Shown: positions 38,982 through 49,492, numbered from the stretch's first letter. The stretch is 64,000 nucleotides of DNA from a bacterium (GCA_031441465.1 JANOEP010000024.1:1-64000); one strand, 5' to 3'. Notes: generated by a model from the letters alone, not told the origin. Program-made: numbers and translations.

Positions 38982-41120
38982 TCAGAAGGGGAACCCCAGC
39001 GAAAAGTGGTAGATCACCTTGTCCTCGGTCACGGTGTCGGACAACAGCGCCCGCTTCAGCGGGAAGCCCGCGTCCAGCCTGACGGGACCGACCGGGGTAT
39101 CCACCCGCACCCCGCAACCGACGCTGTAACGGTAGTCCCAGAGCTTGGTCGACGCCTCGTCCTGCGAGGCCCGGGCATACGAGCGCCAGCGGAATCCCCG
39201 CAACCGGATGTCGTTGGCGTTCTCCCAGACGTTGCCGCCGTCGACGAAGGCCACGCCGTCGACGCGCCAGGACCGCAGCAGGGGCAACGGGAAACGCCAT
39301 TCGGCGTTGGTCAGCAGCAGGTAGTTGCCGCCGCGGGCCGGCTGGTCGGACAGGGGCACGTCGCTGGCGAGTTGCAGCGAGTCGAGCACGGCCTGGTCCG
39401 TGATTTGCGGACCCAGGCTGCGCTCGAGGTAGCCCCGGACCGTGGTGGCGCCCCCGGCGAAGAATCGCTCCTGGTAGGGCACGCCGTCGGCGCCGCGGCC
39501 CCGGGAGTCGCCGTAAGGGCGCACGACGCCGACGCTGACCCGCACGGCGAGCACGCCGCCCACCGGGACGGGCCGGTACCCTTGCAGACTCGCCGACAGC
39601 TTGACGAAGGAGTTGTCGCCGCCCAGCGGGCCGCCGGCGACCTCCAGCCTCATCGTCTGCGTGCCGCCGCGATGCGGCCGCAGCGGATCGTCGCGCCCCT
39701 CGTTCTGGAAGGACCAGCCCAGCGACCGGGTGTCCTGCGGGCGCAGGTCGCTGGCTTCGAAGGCCGCGCGCAGGGGCGCCTTGGCGTCCGGATGCAGGGA
39801 GGGGTCGACCTCCTCGATGCGGGCCTCCACGACGTGGCTGACGCGCGGGCCGGACCCGAACCGCGTGCCCACCGAGAGGCCGCGGGACAGCAGGTTCAGT
39901 CCCGATTCGCCGCGGGTCTCCTTGCCCACGTAGACGCCGGAATCCAGCCGCAGATGACCCAGCACGCCGGGGTAGGTGTGCAGCAGGTCGTAGCGGTAGT
40001 TCAGCTCGGGGTGCACGGGGCCGTCGGTCAGGCGCTGGACATCCTCGTAGTTCAGCGACGTGCGGGTGCTCGCGCGCAGGCGCTGGCCGGAACCGAACAG
40101 GTTGTTGTGGCCCCAGGCCGCGAGCAGGCGGATCCGCTCGCGGGTGCCGACGCCGAAGCCGAACTCGTAATAGGCGGGCCGGCGCTCGACGACCTCCACC
40201 AGCAGCCCGGTCGTGCCGGCGACGGTGTCGGTGTCGACCGGACGGAAGCTCACGTCGCGGAACAGCGAGGTGTCGAGCAACCTCTGCTGCGACGCTTCGA
40301 CCTCGTCCCAGCGGTACAGGTCGCCCGGCGCCAGCGACAGTTCGCGCTCGATCAGGTCGAGCCGGGTCCGGCGGCGGCCCTCGACCGTGATGCCGGCGAT
40401 CCGGTAGGCCTTGCCGGGCGCGATCTCGTAGACCAGCCGCGCCAGCCGGCGTGCGGGATCGTCCGTGGCCGCGGTCGTCATCACGGGCCGGATCTGCGCA
40501 AGCATGTGGCCGTCCTCCCACAGACGGGTCCGCAGGAGGTAGATGTCGGCGCCGAGATCGTTCAGATCCGCCGGGGCGGCCACGCCCGCGACGTAGTGGA
40601 GGTCCGCCAGCAGTTCGTCGGCGTCGACGTCGCCGGCGTCCGGTCCCGCGGCGGTTTCGACTTCGGCCGCGACCACGTCGAGGAACGTCTGCGGCCCTTC
40701 CACGATGCTGATGTGCAGCACGTCGCCGCGCTGCGCGAAGTCGGTCTCGACGGAGTCGAGCTGCACGACGACCTGGTGGAAGCCCCGCTGCCTGTAATAA
40801 CGGGTGAGCAGGCGCAGTTCCGTGTCCAGCAGGTGCGGCTGGTAGCGCGCCGTACGGTCGCCGAAACCCAGGATGGTCAACGGGTGGTAGGGCCGCGGCT
40901 CGCGGATCTTCATGACGGCTTTGAGATCGGCGGCGGGAACCGCGGCGTTGCCGCGCAGTTCGATGCGCTGCAACAGGTGCTGCTCCAACCCGAATTCCAG
41001 CTCGCTCTCGGCGGCCGCCAGGGCGGGGACCAGGAGGCGGACCAGCAGGACGGCCGCGATCAGGCGGGCGTGCGGTCTGCGTCCGGGCCGCTGCGCCCGA
41101 TGTCGTGTCAGAACTTGCAT
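38982..41120 (-). CDS. TamA/BamA-family Omp85 outer-membrane protein
   Basis: POTRA-like repeats (RYYRQRGF, IVEGP, IERE..L.PG), 'ERFFAGGATTVRGY', 'GPVRLD', terminal 'FSLGFPF'; directly upstream of tamB. Confidence 0.88.
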   Translation of the reverse strand: MQVLTRHRAQRPGRRPHARLIAAVLLVRLLVPALAAAESELEFGLEQHLLQRIELRGNAAVPAADLKAVMKIREPRPYHPLTILGFGDRTARYQPHLLDTELRLLTRYYRQRGFHQVVVQLDSVETDFAQRGDVLHISIVEGPQTFLDVVAAEVETAAGPDAGDVDADELLADLHYVAGVAAPADLNDLGADIYLLRTRLWEDGHMLAQIRPVMTTAATDDPARRLARLVYEIAPGKAYRIAGITVEGRRRTRLDLIERELSLAPGDLYRWDEVEASQQRLLDTSLFRDVSFRPVDTDTVAGTTGLLVEVVERRPAYYEFGFGVGTRERIRLLAAWGHNNLFGSGQRLRASTRTSLNYEDVQRLTDGPVHPELNYRYDLLHTYPGVLGHLRLDSGVYVGKETRGESGLNLLSRGLSVGTRFGSGPRVSHVVEARIEEVDPSLHPDAKAPLRAAFEASDLRPQDTRSLGWSFQNEGRDDPLRPHRGGTQTMRLEVAGGPLGGDNSFVKLSASLQGYRPVPVGGVLAVRVSVGVVRPYGDSRGRGADGVPYQERFFAGGATTVRGYLERSLGPQITDQAVLDSLQLASDVPLSDQPARGGNYLLLTNAEWRFPLPLLRSWRVDGVAFVDGGNVWENANDIRLRGFRWRSYARASQDEASTKLWDYRYSVGCGVRVDTPVGPVRLDAGFPLKRALLSDTVTEDKVIYHFSLGFPF

Positions 41121-41192
41121 CTTGCCCGCCGCGCCGCTTCGGTGTAGGAACGTGGGGTGCCCCGTCGGGGGCAGCATATCATGGAGGCTCCC

Positions 41193-41663
41193 ATGTCCGT
41201 CATCTGGAATACAACGCGCCGCCGCAGGTTCCCCCTCGCCGGCCATTTCGCGGCGGTCCTCTGGCTGCTGGCCGGCGTCGGCTGTGGTCCGGACGGCGGG
41301 CGCCCGTTGCAGCTTTCCGACCTGTCGCGCCCCGAACACGAGTACCTCACCCGTTTCGTCACGCTCGAACGGGCCCGCTCCGTGGCCCTGATCGACCGGG
41401 GGCGGGGCGAAGCCCTACTCGATTCCCTCGCGGGTGCCTGGGGAGACAGCTCGTTGGTCCGGACGCAGGCCGCCCTGCCGGCCGACCCCCGCCGCCAGGC
41501 GCTGCTGCACGGCCTGCTCGGCCGGATCCTGCGCGCGGAGCAGGATTCCCTGCTGGATGCGCCCCGCCCCCGGCGACTGGACGCGCCCCTGCCGGACCCG
41601 CCGGCGAACGCCGACGACAAGACCGACGGCGAAGGCGAAGGCGGCGCCCCTGCGGGCGGTTGA
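41193..41663 (+). CDS. Putative lipoprotein
   Basis: Basic N-region, hydrophobic stretch, lipobox-like 'LAGVGC'; GGAGG RBS. Confidence 0.65.
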   Translation: MSVIWNTTRRRRFPLAGHFAAVLWLLAGVGCGPDGGRPLQLSDLSRPEHEYLTRFVTLERARSVALIDRGRGEALLDSLAGAWGDSSLVRTQAALPADPRRQALLHGLLGRILRAEQDSLLDAPRPRRLDAPLPDPPANADDKTDGEGEGGAPAGG

Positions 41664-41669
41664 CGCGGG

Positions 41670-43058
41670 TCATTGCCCGGGCAGGATCTTCAGGACATCC
41701 ACCACGATCACGAAGGTCATGAACAGCAACAGCATGATCAGGCCCACCTGCGTGGCGATGGCCTGGACGCGGTCGTTCACCCGTCGGCCCATCGCCATCT
41801 CGAGCAGGATGAAGACCACGTGGCCGCCGTCCAGGACGGGGATCGGCAGCAGGTTCAGCAGGAACAGGTTCACCGAGAAGAAGGCGATGAACTGCATCAG
41901 GTGGCTGAAGCTCCAGCGCAGCATCTCGCCGGCCACCTGCCCGATGCGGATCGGGCCCCCGACCGCCTCCATGCCCAGCCGACCCAGGAAGAAGTTGCCC
42001 AGGACCCCGACCGTCGAGCTGATGGTGCCGACCGTCGCCGCGACACCGATGCGCACGGCGTGGAAAAGCCCCACGGGGCGGGAGTCGTAGTGACGTTCGA
42101 AGAAGATGCGCCCGATGGTCGAATCGGGTTGCACCTCCTCGGCGGTCGGCACGACCGCGCGCTCGATGGTCTCGCCGTCGCGCTCCCAGCGCACGAACAC
42201 CGGCACGCCGGCCTTCGCGTTGATCACCCGCGCGATGTCGTTGAAGGACGTCACCGGTTGTCCGTCCAGGGCGACCACCCGGTCGCCGCTGCGCAGGCCG
42301 GCGCGCCCGGCCGGCCCTCCCTTCTGCACCAGCCCGACGACGTTGTCGTAGGGTTCCATCCCGAGTTCCCAGCGGCCGGCGGCGTCGCGGCGCGGCTGCA
42401 GCGCGGCGGCGGCCCGCGCCCCGTCGCGCTCGTAGGCCACGGCGACGGCGCCGCCCGACTTCTCGCCCGCGGACAGCAGCGCCGCGGTCACTTCGTCCCA
42501 GGTCGACACGCTCCGGCCGCCGACTTCGAGGATCCGGTCACCGACCTGCAAGCCGGCGGCCGCCGCCGGCGAACCGTCGGCCACGCCGCCGACGGTGGTG
42601 ACGGGGATCACCAGCAGGCCGCTGCCCAGCACGGTCAGCGTGTAGAGGAGCAGGGCCAGCAGCAGGTTCGCGGCCGGGCCCGCGGTCACCACGGCCAGCC
42701 GCTGCCAGGCGGGCCGGTTGCGGAAATGGCGGGACTCCGGGATGAGGTCGTCCCGCAGCGCCGCCGCGCGGTCGCCCTCGATCGTGCCGATGGGGTAGTG
42801 GTGGGCGTCGCGGGTCGCGGTGTCCTGGATCTCCTCGAGCACGCCCTCGCCGGCCATCTTGACGTAGCCGCCGAAGGGCGCCACCGAGATCGCGTACTCC
42901 GTTTCGCCGAAGCGGCGGCGCAGCAGCTTGGGGCCGAAACCGATCGAGAAGGTCTTGACGTAGATGCCGGTCCACTTGCAGACCGCGAAGTGGCCCAGCT
43001 CGTGGATGATGATGACGATGCCCAGCGTCAGGGCGAAGGCGATCAGGGTCGAGAACAC
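41670..43058 (-). CDS. rseP: RIP metalloprotease RseP (two PDZ domains)
   Basis: HELGH, 'FSIGFGP', 'GGYVKM', 'AGP.AN', 'NLLPIPVLDGGH'. Confidence 0.96.
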   Translation of the reverse strand: MFSTLIAFALTLGIVIIIHELGHFAVCKWTGIYVKTFSIGFGPKLLRRRFGETEYAISVAPFGGYVKMAGEGVLEEIQDTATRDAHHYPIGTIEGDRAAALRDDLIPESRHFRNRPAWQRLAVVTAGPAANLLLALLLYTLTVLGSGLLVIPVTTVGGVADGSPAAAAGLQVGDRILEVGGRSVSTWDEVTAALLSAGEKSGGAVAVAYERDGARAAAALQPRRDAAGRWELGMEPYDNVVGLVQKGGPAGRAGLRSGDRVVALDGQPVTSFNDIARVINAKAGVPVFVRWERDGETIERAVVPTAEEVQPDSTIGRIFFERHYDSRPVGLFHAVRIGVAATVGTISSTVGVLGNFFLGRLGMEAVGGPIRIGQVAGEMLRWSFSHLMQFIAFFSVNLFLLNLLPIPVLDGGHVVFILLEMAMGRRVNDRVQAIATQVGLIMLLLFMTFVIVVDVLKILPGQ

Positions 43059-43089
43059 GGGACCTCCCCGTCGGTCGGGACGGGCGGCG

Positions 43090-44364
43090 TCAGCGCCGCG
43101 TGCGGGATTCGATCAGGCGCTGCGCGGAACGCCGCGCCGCGGCGTCGGTTTCCAGGGCCTCGGCCAGGCAGCCCACCGGGCCGCCCGGCAGGTCGTCGAG
43201 CGTGGCTGCGATGACCGGGGCAATATCGGCGTACGCGAGGCGATCGTCCAGCAGCGCGGCCACGGCGATCTCGTTGGCCGCGTTCAGGACGATGGGCGCG
43301 CGGCCGCCGGCCTCCCCCGCCCGTCGGGCCAGCCCCAGACAGGGGAAGCGCTCCGCGTCGGGAGCCTCGAAGCGCAGTTCGCCCAGGCGCGCGAGGTCCA
43401 GGCGTTCGGTCGCCAGCGGCCAGTGACGCTCGCCGGCCAGGGCGTAGAGCAGCGGGACCCGCATGTCCGGCGCGCCGAGCTGGGCCACCACCGCGCCGTC
43501 GCGGAACACCGCGAGCGAATGGACGATCGAACCGGGATGGACCACCACGTCGATGTCGCGGTAGGCCACGCCGAACAGCACGTGCGCCTCGATGACCTCC
43601 AGCCCCTTGTTCATCAGGGTCGCCGAGTCGACGGTGATCTTCGGTCCCATGTTCCAGGTGGGGTGGCGCAGGACCTCGTCCTTGCGGGCGACGGCCATCG
43701 CCGCGACCGTCCAGGTGCGGAACGGTCCGCCCGAAGCGGTCAGCACGAGGCGCTCGAGTTCCTCGGCGTTGCGTCCGGACAGGCACTGCGCCAGCGCCGA
43801 GTGCTCGGAGTCGACCGGGACGACCTCGGCGCCCCCGCGCGCGACGGCCTCGCGCACGAGTTCGCCGCCGATCACCAGGGATTCCTTGTTCGCCAGCGCG
43901 ATGCGCCGGCCGGCGGCGGCCGCGGCCAGCGTCGGGGCGAGCCCCGCGGCGCCCACCAGTCCGTTGACGACGCAGTCGGCCCCGTCCAGCGCGGCCAGCG
44001 CCTCCAGACCCGCGGCTCCCGGCGGCAGGAGCCGGCGGCGGAGCAGGGGATCCCGCGCCGCCGCGCTCGCGGCCCGCGGGTCCGCGAACACGACCGCGGG
44101 CGCGTTCGCGGCGCCGGCCGCCTCGAGGCGGCGCACCAGCGCAGCCAGTTCGTCCACCCGCGACCGGGCCGAAACACCGACGACCTGCAGGCGGTCCGGA
44201 TGACGCACGGCGAGGTCGACGGCCTGGACGCCGATCGAACCCGTCGCGCCCAGGATCACGACCCGCACCGGGAGTCGCGGCGCCGGCGAAAGCCGACCGA
44301 TCCGGTACAACGGCGTGGTCGCGGACCCGGGGGACCCGGGCGGCGCCTTCCCGTCAGCGCGCAA
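43090..44364 (-). CDS. dxr: 1-deoxy-D-xylulose-5-phosphate reductoisomerase
   Basis: 'LGATGSIG', 'LANKESL', 'PVDSEH', 'HPTWNMG.KITVDSA', 'NKGLE'; the start could instead be GTG 44268. Confidence 0.96.
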   Translation of the reverse strand: MRADGKAPPGSPGSATTPLYRIGRLSPAPRLPVRVVILGATGSIGVQAVDLAVRHPDRLQVVGVSARSRVDELAALVRRLEAAGAANAPAVVFADPRAASAAARDPLLRRRLLPPGAAGLEALAALDGADCVVNGLVGAAGLAPTLAAAAAGRRIALANKESLVIGGELVREAVARGGAEVVPVDSEHSALAQCLSGRNAEELERLVLTASGGPFRTWTVAAMAVARKDEVLRHPTWNMGPKITVDSATLMNKGLEVIEAHVLFGVAYRDIDVVVHPGSIVHSLAVFRDGAVVAQLGAPDMRVPLLYALAGERHWPLATERLDLARLGELRFEAPDAERFPCLGLARRAGEAGGRAPIVLNAANEIAVAALLDDRLAYADIAPVIAATLDDLPGGPVGCLAEALETDAAARRSAQRLIESRTRR

Positions 44365-45247
44365 CGGTCGCCGCTCCGGTCAGGATCAGGGCGTAGTACA
44401 CCACCGGCGCGTTGAACAACAGGGAGTCGAAGCGGTCGAGGATACCGCCGTGGCCGGGCAGCAGGGCCGCGGTGTCCTTGACCCCCGCGTCGCGCTTGAG
44501 CATCGACTCGACGAGGTCGCCGACCTGCCCGGTCACGCCGCAGACGGCTCCGAGCAGCCCCCCCTGCCAGGGCGACAGGAAGGGCGCGAAGGTCCAGGCG
44601 GCGACGAGGCCGGCCCCCGTGGCGCCGAGGATCCCGCCGACGGCGCCCTCGACCGATTTGCGGGGGCTCACCCGCGGCAGCAAGGGTCGGCGGCCCACGG
44701 CGACACCGACCAGGAAAGCCAGCGTGTCGCAGGACCAGGTCAGCGCCACCAGCAGCGCGATCGCCCGCAGGCCCGAAAAGCCGTCCGCGTCGAAGCCGCC
44801 CGGCATCTCCCGCAGCAGGACGAGGAACCCCCCCAGCCAGCCGACGTACAGGGCGCCGAAGAGGGTCACCGCGACGTGGTTCAGGGAGCGGTCCATGTTG
44901 CGGCGCATGAGTTCGACGGTCATCACCGCCATCAGCGCGGCCGTCAGGACGGGCACGGCCGCCGCGGGCCCGTGCGCGACCGCCCAGGCGCAGGCCAGCC
45001 CGGCCAGCGTCCCGATCACCTTGAACGGCCCGTAGCCCTTGGCGCTCATCAGCAGCAGGAACTCGCGCACGCCCAGCAGCACCAGCACGCCGATCAGCGC
45101 CCGGTAGACCAGCCCGCCCTGCACCGCGGCCAGGGCCAGCAGCGGCACGCCGAGCGCGGTGACCAACGAGCGGGGCAGCAGTCCCGCCCCCAGCAGACGT
45201 CGCCACAGCCCGCCGCGGGTGTCCCGGCTGGCGTCCGTGCGGCTCAC
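44354..45247 (-). CDS. cdsA: Phosphatidate cytidylyltransferase
   Basis: 'SPRKSVEG', 'GDLVESMLKR..GVKD...LPGHGGILDRFD'. Confidence 0.95.
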   Translation of the reverse strand: MSRTDASRDTRGGLWRRLLGAGLLPRSLVTALGVPLLALAAVQGGLVYRALIGVLVLLGVREFLLLMSAKGYGPFKVIGTLAGLACAWAVAHGPAAAVPVLTAALMAVMTVELMRRNMDRSLNHVAVTLFGALYVGWLGGFLVLLREMPGGFDADGFSGLRAIALLVALTWSCDTLAFLVGVAVGRRPLLPRVSPRKSVEGAVGGILGATGAGLVAAWTFAPFLSPWQGGLLGAVCGVTGQVGDLVESMLKRDAGVKDTAALLPGHGGILDRFDSLLFNAPVVYYALILTGAATVAR

Positions 45248-46083
45248 GACCGGACCTTGAAGAGTTTCCGCCAGCGGGAGGCGTCGAAGGGGCCGGCCGC
45301 GGCGCCGTCGCCGTCGTGCTCGCCGCCGACGTCGCCGAAGCGGCGTTCGCGGCTCTGGTAGTCGGCGATCGCCTCGAGCAGGTCGCGCTCGCCGAAATCG
45401 GGCCACAGCACGGGCGTGAAGTAGATCTCGGCGTAGGCGGCCTGCCAGATCAGGAAATTCGAGAGGCGCAGTTCGCCGCTGGTGCGGATGACCAGATCGG
45501 GGTCGGGGATGTCGGGCGCGTAGAGCCCGGCGCGGAACGCCGCCTCGTCGATGCGCGCGGGGTCCAGCTCGCCCGCGGCGGCCTGCGCGGCGAGCCGCGC
45601 GCAGGCGCGCAGGATCTCGGTGCGCCCGCCGTAGGCCAGCGCGAGGTTGAGCACCATGCCGCGGTTGCCGTCCAGCGAGTCGATCACGTCCTGCAGGGCC
45701 TCGCGGGCCCGCACCGGGATCAGGTCCAGCTCTCCGGTGGCCACCAGACGCACGCCCTGGCGCTGCAACTCGTCGCGCTCGCTGGTGAGGACCTCCTCGA
45801 GGAACGACCAGAGGGCGCGGACTTCGGCCTGGGGCCGTTTCCAGTTTTCCTGGGAGAAGGTGTAGAGGGTCAGGTGGCGCACGCCCAACCGGACGGCGGC
45901 TTCGACGGTGCGCCGTACGGAGTGGCGGCCGGCGCGGTGGCCGGCCACCCGGGGCTGGTGGCGCCGCTGGGCCCAGCGGCCGTTGCCGTCCATGATGACC
46001 GCGACGTGCGGCGGGACATTGCCGGCGGCCAGGACCCGCTCGCGCAGCTCCCGCAGCTCCGGATCATCCCGACGCTCGGCCAT
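45244..46083 (-). CDS. uppS: Undecaprenyl diphosphate synthase
   Basis: 'HVAVIMDGNGRWA', 'FSQENWKRP', 'IRTSGE.RLSNFL', 'RERRFG'. Confidence 0.96.
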   Translation of the reverse strand: MAERRDDPELRELRERVLAAGNVPPHVAVIMDGNGRWAQRRHQPRVAGHRAGRHSVRRTVEAAVRLGVRHLTLYTFSQENWKRPQAEVRALWSFLEEVLTSERDELQRQGVRLVATGELDLIPVRAREALQDVIDSLDGNRGMVLNLALAYGGRTEILRACARLAAQAAAGELDPARIDEAAFRAGLYAPDIPDPDLVIRTSGELRLSNFLIWQAAYAEIYFTPVLWPDFGERDLLEAIADYQSRERRFGDVGGEHDGDGAAAGPFDASRWRKLFKVRS

Positions 46084-46086
46084 GCC

Positions 46087-46635
46087 TCAGATCTCCATGA
46101 TTTCTGCTTCTTTGGACCGGACGATCCGGTCGATCTCTTCGCAGAAGCGGTCGGTGAGCTTCTGGACGGCGTCGCGCCCCGCGCGCTGCTCGTCCTCGGT
46201 CAGCGTGTCGCTCTTCTTGATCCGGTCGTTGGTGTTCTGACGCGCCTTGCGCACCGCGACCTTGCCCTGCTCGCCGAAGTCGCGGACGGTCTTGGTGTAC
46301 TGGCGGCGGCGGTCCTCGTTCAGTTCGGGGATCGGCACGCGCACCAGGACGCCGTCGTTCGAGGGGTTCAGCCCGAGATCGGAGGCCATGATCGCCCGCT
46401 CGATGTCCTTGAGCGTGCTGCGGTCGAAGGGGGCCACGGTCAGCATCCGGGGCTCCGGCACGCCGATGCTCGCCAGCTGGCGCAGCGGCGTCGGCGCGCC
46501 GTAGTACTCGACGCGCACGGAGTCCAGCAACGCGGGGCTGGCCTTGCCGGTGCGGATCTTGGCCAGCCGGTGGGTCAGCGTCTCGATCTGCTCCTCCATG
46601 AGGAGTTCGGCTTCCTGGGTGAGTTCATCGCTCAT
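46087..46635 (-). CDS. frr: Ribosome recycling factor
   Basis: 'IRTGKA', 'VEYYG', 'LGLNP.NDG', 'KEAEIM'. Confidence 0.95.
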   Translation of the reverse strand: MSDELTQEAELLMEEQIETLTHRLAKIRTGKASPALLDSVRVEYYGAPTPLRQLASIGVPEPRMLTVAPFDRSTLKDIERAIMASDLGLNPSNDGVLVRVPIPELNEDRRRQYTKTVRDFGEQGKVAVRKARQNTNDRIKKSDTLTEDEQRAGRDAVQKLTDRFCEEIDRIVRSKEAEIMEI

Positions 46636-47357
46636 AGCTTGCGCTCCTTGGCGACCAGGGTCCCCGCGTCCTCGCCGCGGATCACCCGCAGGAGGTTCTC
46701 CGGATCGCTGATGTCGAAGACCAGGATCGGCATGCCCTGCTCCGCGCAGAGCGTCACGGCGGTCAGGTCCATGACCTGCAGCCGGCGGTCGATCACCTCG
46801 TCGTAGGTGAGGAAGGGGAAGCGGACGGCGTCGGGATGGACGTGCGGGTCCTTGTCGTAGACCCCGTCGACCTGCGTGCCCTTCAACAACGCGTCCGCCT
46901 GGATCTCGGCGGCGCGCAGGGCGGCGGCGCTGTCGGTCGTGAAGAAGGGGTTGCCGGTGCCGCCGCCGAAAATCAGGACCCGGCCGGCCTTGAGCTGCGG
47001 CATCGCGCGGTCGCGCGTGAAGGTCTGCGACAGGGGCGGGACCTCGTGGGGGCTGAGCACCAGGGCGCTGGTGCCCTCGGCCCGCAGGTAGTCGCGCAGG
47101 ACGGCGGCGTTCATCAGGGTCGCGAGCATGCCGACGTTGTCGGCGGTGACGCGGCCCAGGACGTCCAGGTTCGCGGTACGGGCGCGGAACAGGTTGCCCC
47201 CCCCGACCACGACGCCGATCTCCACGCCCTCGGCCACCGCGCGCGAGATGGCCTGGGCCAGTCCCGTGAGCCGCTCGTGGCCGAAGGGGCCGGCGGCGTC
47301 GGCGAAGCCTTCGCCGCTGAGCTTCAGCAGGATCCTCGAGAAGCGGGGGTGGGACAC
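46632..47357 (-). CDS. pyrH: UMP kinase
   Basis: 'LLKLSGE', 'GGGN', 'GTGNPFFTTD', 'DGVYDKDP'. Confidence 0.96.
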   Translation of the reverse strand: MSHPRFSRILLKLSGEGFADAAGPFGHERLTGLAQAISRAVAEGVEIGVVVGGGNLFRARTANLDVLGRVTADNVGMLATLMNAAVLRDYLRAEGTSALVLSPHEVPPLSQTFTRDRAMPQLKAGRVLIFGGGTGNPFFTTDSAAALRAAEIQADALLKGTQVDGVYDKDPHVHPDAVRFPFLTYDEVIDRRLQVMDLTAVTLCAEQGMPILVFDISDPENLLRVIRGEDAGTLVAKERKL

Positions 47358-47400
47358 GCCTCATCCTTTCGCCGGCACGGCGTCGGTTCTCACGGGGACG

Positions 47401-47429
47401 AAAAAGGCCCGGGCCCACGGCCCGGGCCC
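47401..47429 (-). terminator. Intrinsic terminator after tsf
   Basis: GGCCCGGGCC-GTG-GGCCCGGGCC followed by TTTTT. Confidence 0.8.
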
Positions 47430-47451
47430 GTCACCTCGGCCGGGGGGCGGC

Positions 47452-48045
<594 letters not shown>

Positions 48046-48128
48046 CGTTCCTCCCGTCGCGTCCGCGCGCGGACGCACCCGTTCTTGCTGGTTGGCTGCT
48101 GTGGCGGTCGTCGGTCCTGTCCGCGCCG

Positions 48129-48162
48129 CGGCCCGGCCTCCCCGCGCGGGGCGGCCGGGCCG
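48129..48162 (-). other. Strong hairpin between rpsB and tsf (attenuator or stabiliser)
   Basis: CGGCCCGGCC..CCCG/CGGG..GGCCGGGCCG stem without a U-tract. Confidence 0.5.
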
Positions 48163-48170
48163 TGGCGGGA

Positions 48171-48965
48171 TCATTCGCTGGCGGCCCCGGCGTCGTCCAT
48201 CGACACGGCGGCCGGCGCCGCGCGCCCGGCGCGCTCGGCGCGGTCGGACTGGATCTCCACGCCGCTGTCGCGGCCCTCGTTGCGCGAGGAGCGGCCCTCG
48301 GCGATGGCGGCCGCCGCGACCGAGACGTAGAGCGAGATGGCGCGGATGGCATCGTCGTTGCCGGGGATGGGGTAGCGGACCATCTCGGGGTCGCTGTTGG
48401 TGTCGACGATGCCGACCACCGGGATGCCCAGCTTGTTCGCCTCGCGCACGGCGGTCTCCTCCTCGACGGTGTCGATGACGAAGACGGCCGCGGGCAGGCC
48501 CTTCATGTGGCGGATGCCGCCGAGGTTCTTCTCGAGCTTCTCGTAGGTGCGCGCGATCTCGAGCTGCTCCTTCTTCGAGAACTGCTCGATCTTGCCGGTG
48601 GCGCGCAGCCCCTCGATCTCGTCGAGCTTGGCGACGCTCTTGCTGATCGTCTGCCAGTTGGTGAGCATGCCGCCGAGCCAGCGCTCGGTGACGTAGGGCA
48701 TGTTGCAGCGCGTGGCCAGTTCCTTCACGGCGACCTTGGCCTGCTTCTTCGTGCCGACGAACAGCACGGTGCCGCCCTTGGCGGAGACGCCGGTGAGGAA
48801 GTCCCGCGCCTTGTTCAGCGCGCGCAGCGTCTTCTGGAGGTCGATGATGTAGATGCCGTTGCGGGCGATGAAGATGTAGGGGCGCATCTTGGGGTTCCAC
48901 TTGCGGGTCTGGTGGCCGAAGTGGACGCCTGCTTCGAGCAGGTCCTTGAGACCGACGTTGGCCAT
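48171..48965 (-). CDS. rpsB: 30S ribosomal protein S2
   Basis: '[10 protein letters not shown]', 'RWLGGMLTN', 'PGNDDA'. Confidence 0.98.
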   Translation of the reverse strand: MANVGLKDLLEAGVHFGHQTRKWNPKMRPYIFIARNGIYIIDLQKTLRALNKARDFLTGVSAKGGTVLFVGTKKQAKVAVKELATRCNMPYVTERWLGGMLTNWQTISKSVAKLDEIEGLRATGKIEQFSKKEQLEIARTYEKLEKNLGGIRHMKGLPAAVFVIDTVEEETAVREANKLGIPVVGIVDTNSDPEMVRYPIPGNDDAIRAISLYVSVAAAAIAEGRSSRNEGRDSGVEIQSDRAERAGRAAPAAVSMDDAGAASE

Positions 48966-48983
48966 GGAGATCCTCCGTTGTCC

Positions 48984-49066
48984 GGTTGATGCCTCCCCGA
49001 CGATCGACGGACGGGACGAACGCCCTCAGGCGCCACCGGTCCCGTCCTCCCGTCGGGTGCGTGATG
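48984..49066 (-). ncRNA. rpsB 5' leader (S2/t44-like autoregulatory RNA)
   Basis: CACGCACCCGACG...GGTGGCGCC...CGTCGGGGAGGCATCAACC layout directly upstream of the rpsB RBS. Confidence 0.65.
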
Positions 49067-49102
49067 TGGGGCGTTACGCGCCCCGCGGCAGCCGCTCGCC
49101 TT

Positions 49103-49492
49103 CTACCGCTTCGAGAACTGGAAGCGCTTGCGGGCTCCGGGCTGGCCGTACTTCTTGCGCTCCACCATGCGGGAGTCGCGCGTCAACAGACCGGCCTTGC
49201 GCATCGCGACGCGGTTCTCCTCGTTGGCCACGACCAGGGCGCGGGCGAGGCCGTGGCGCAGGGCGCCCGCCTGACCCGTGGGCCCGCCGCCGTTGACCGA
49301 GGCCCAGACGTCGTAGGTCTGGTTCTCGACGAGCGCCCGGAGCGGCTCGTTGATGGTCTGGATGCGCATGGCGTCGAAATAGGTTTCGGCGTCCTTGTTG
49401 TTGACCGTGATCTTGCCGGTACCGCCGGGGGTCACCCACACGCGGGCCACCGAGGTCTTGCGCCGACCGGTCGCGTAGTACTTCTCGTCCAA
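49103..49492 (-). CDS. rpsI: 30S ribosomal protein S9
   Basis: 'TGRRKTSVARV', 'GGG..GQAGA', 'LTRD.R..ERKKYG...ARK..QFSKR'; TTG start. Confidence 0.98.
   Translation of the reverse strand: MDEKYYATGRRKTSVARVWVTPGGTGKITVNNKDAETYFDAMRIQTINEPLRALVENQTYDVWASVNGGGPTGQAGALRHGLARALVVANEENRVAMRKAGLLTRDSRMVERKKYGQPGARKRFQFSKR

Noticed and set aside
36280..40521. 1413-aa same-strand alternative-frame ORF over tamA/tamB
   Set aside because: Arg/Pro/Gly/Ala-rich off-frame translation typical of high-GC DNA
34977..41147. 2056-aa plus-strand ORF, and similar long antisense ORFs at 2654-5380, 14912-19390, 29719-33543 and 52427-55081
   Set aside because: They mirror well-supported minus-strand genes; such ORFs are expected from stop-codon scarcity at high GC3 and show no motifs
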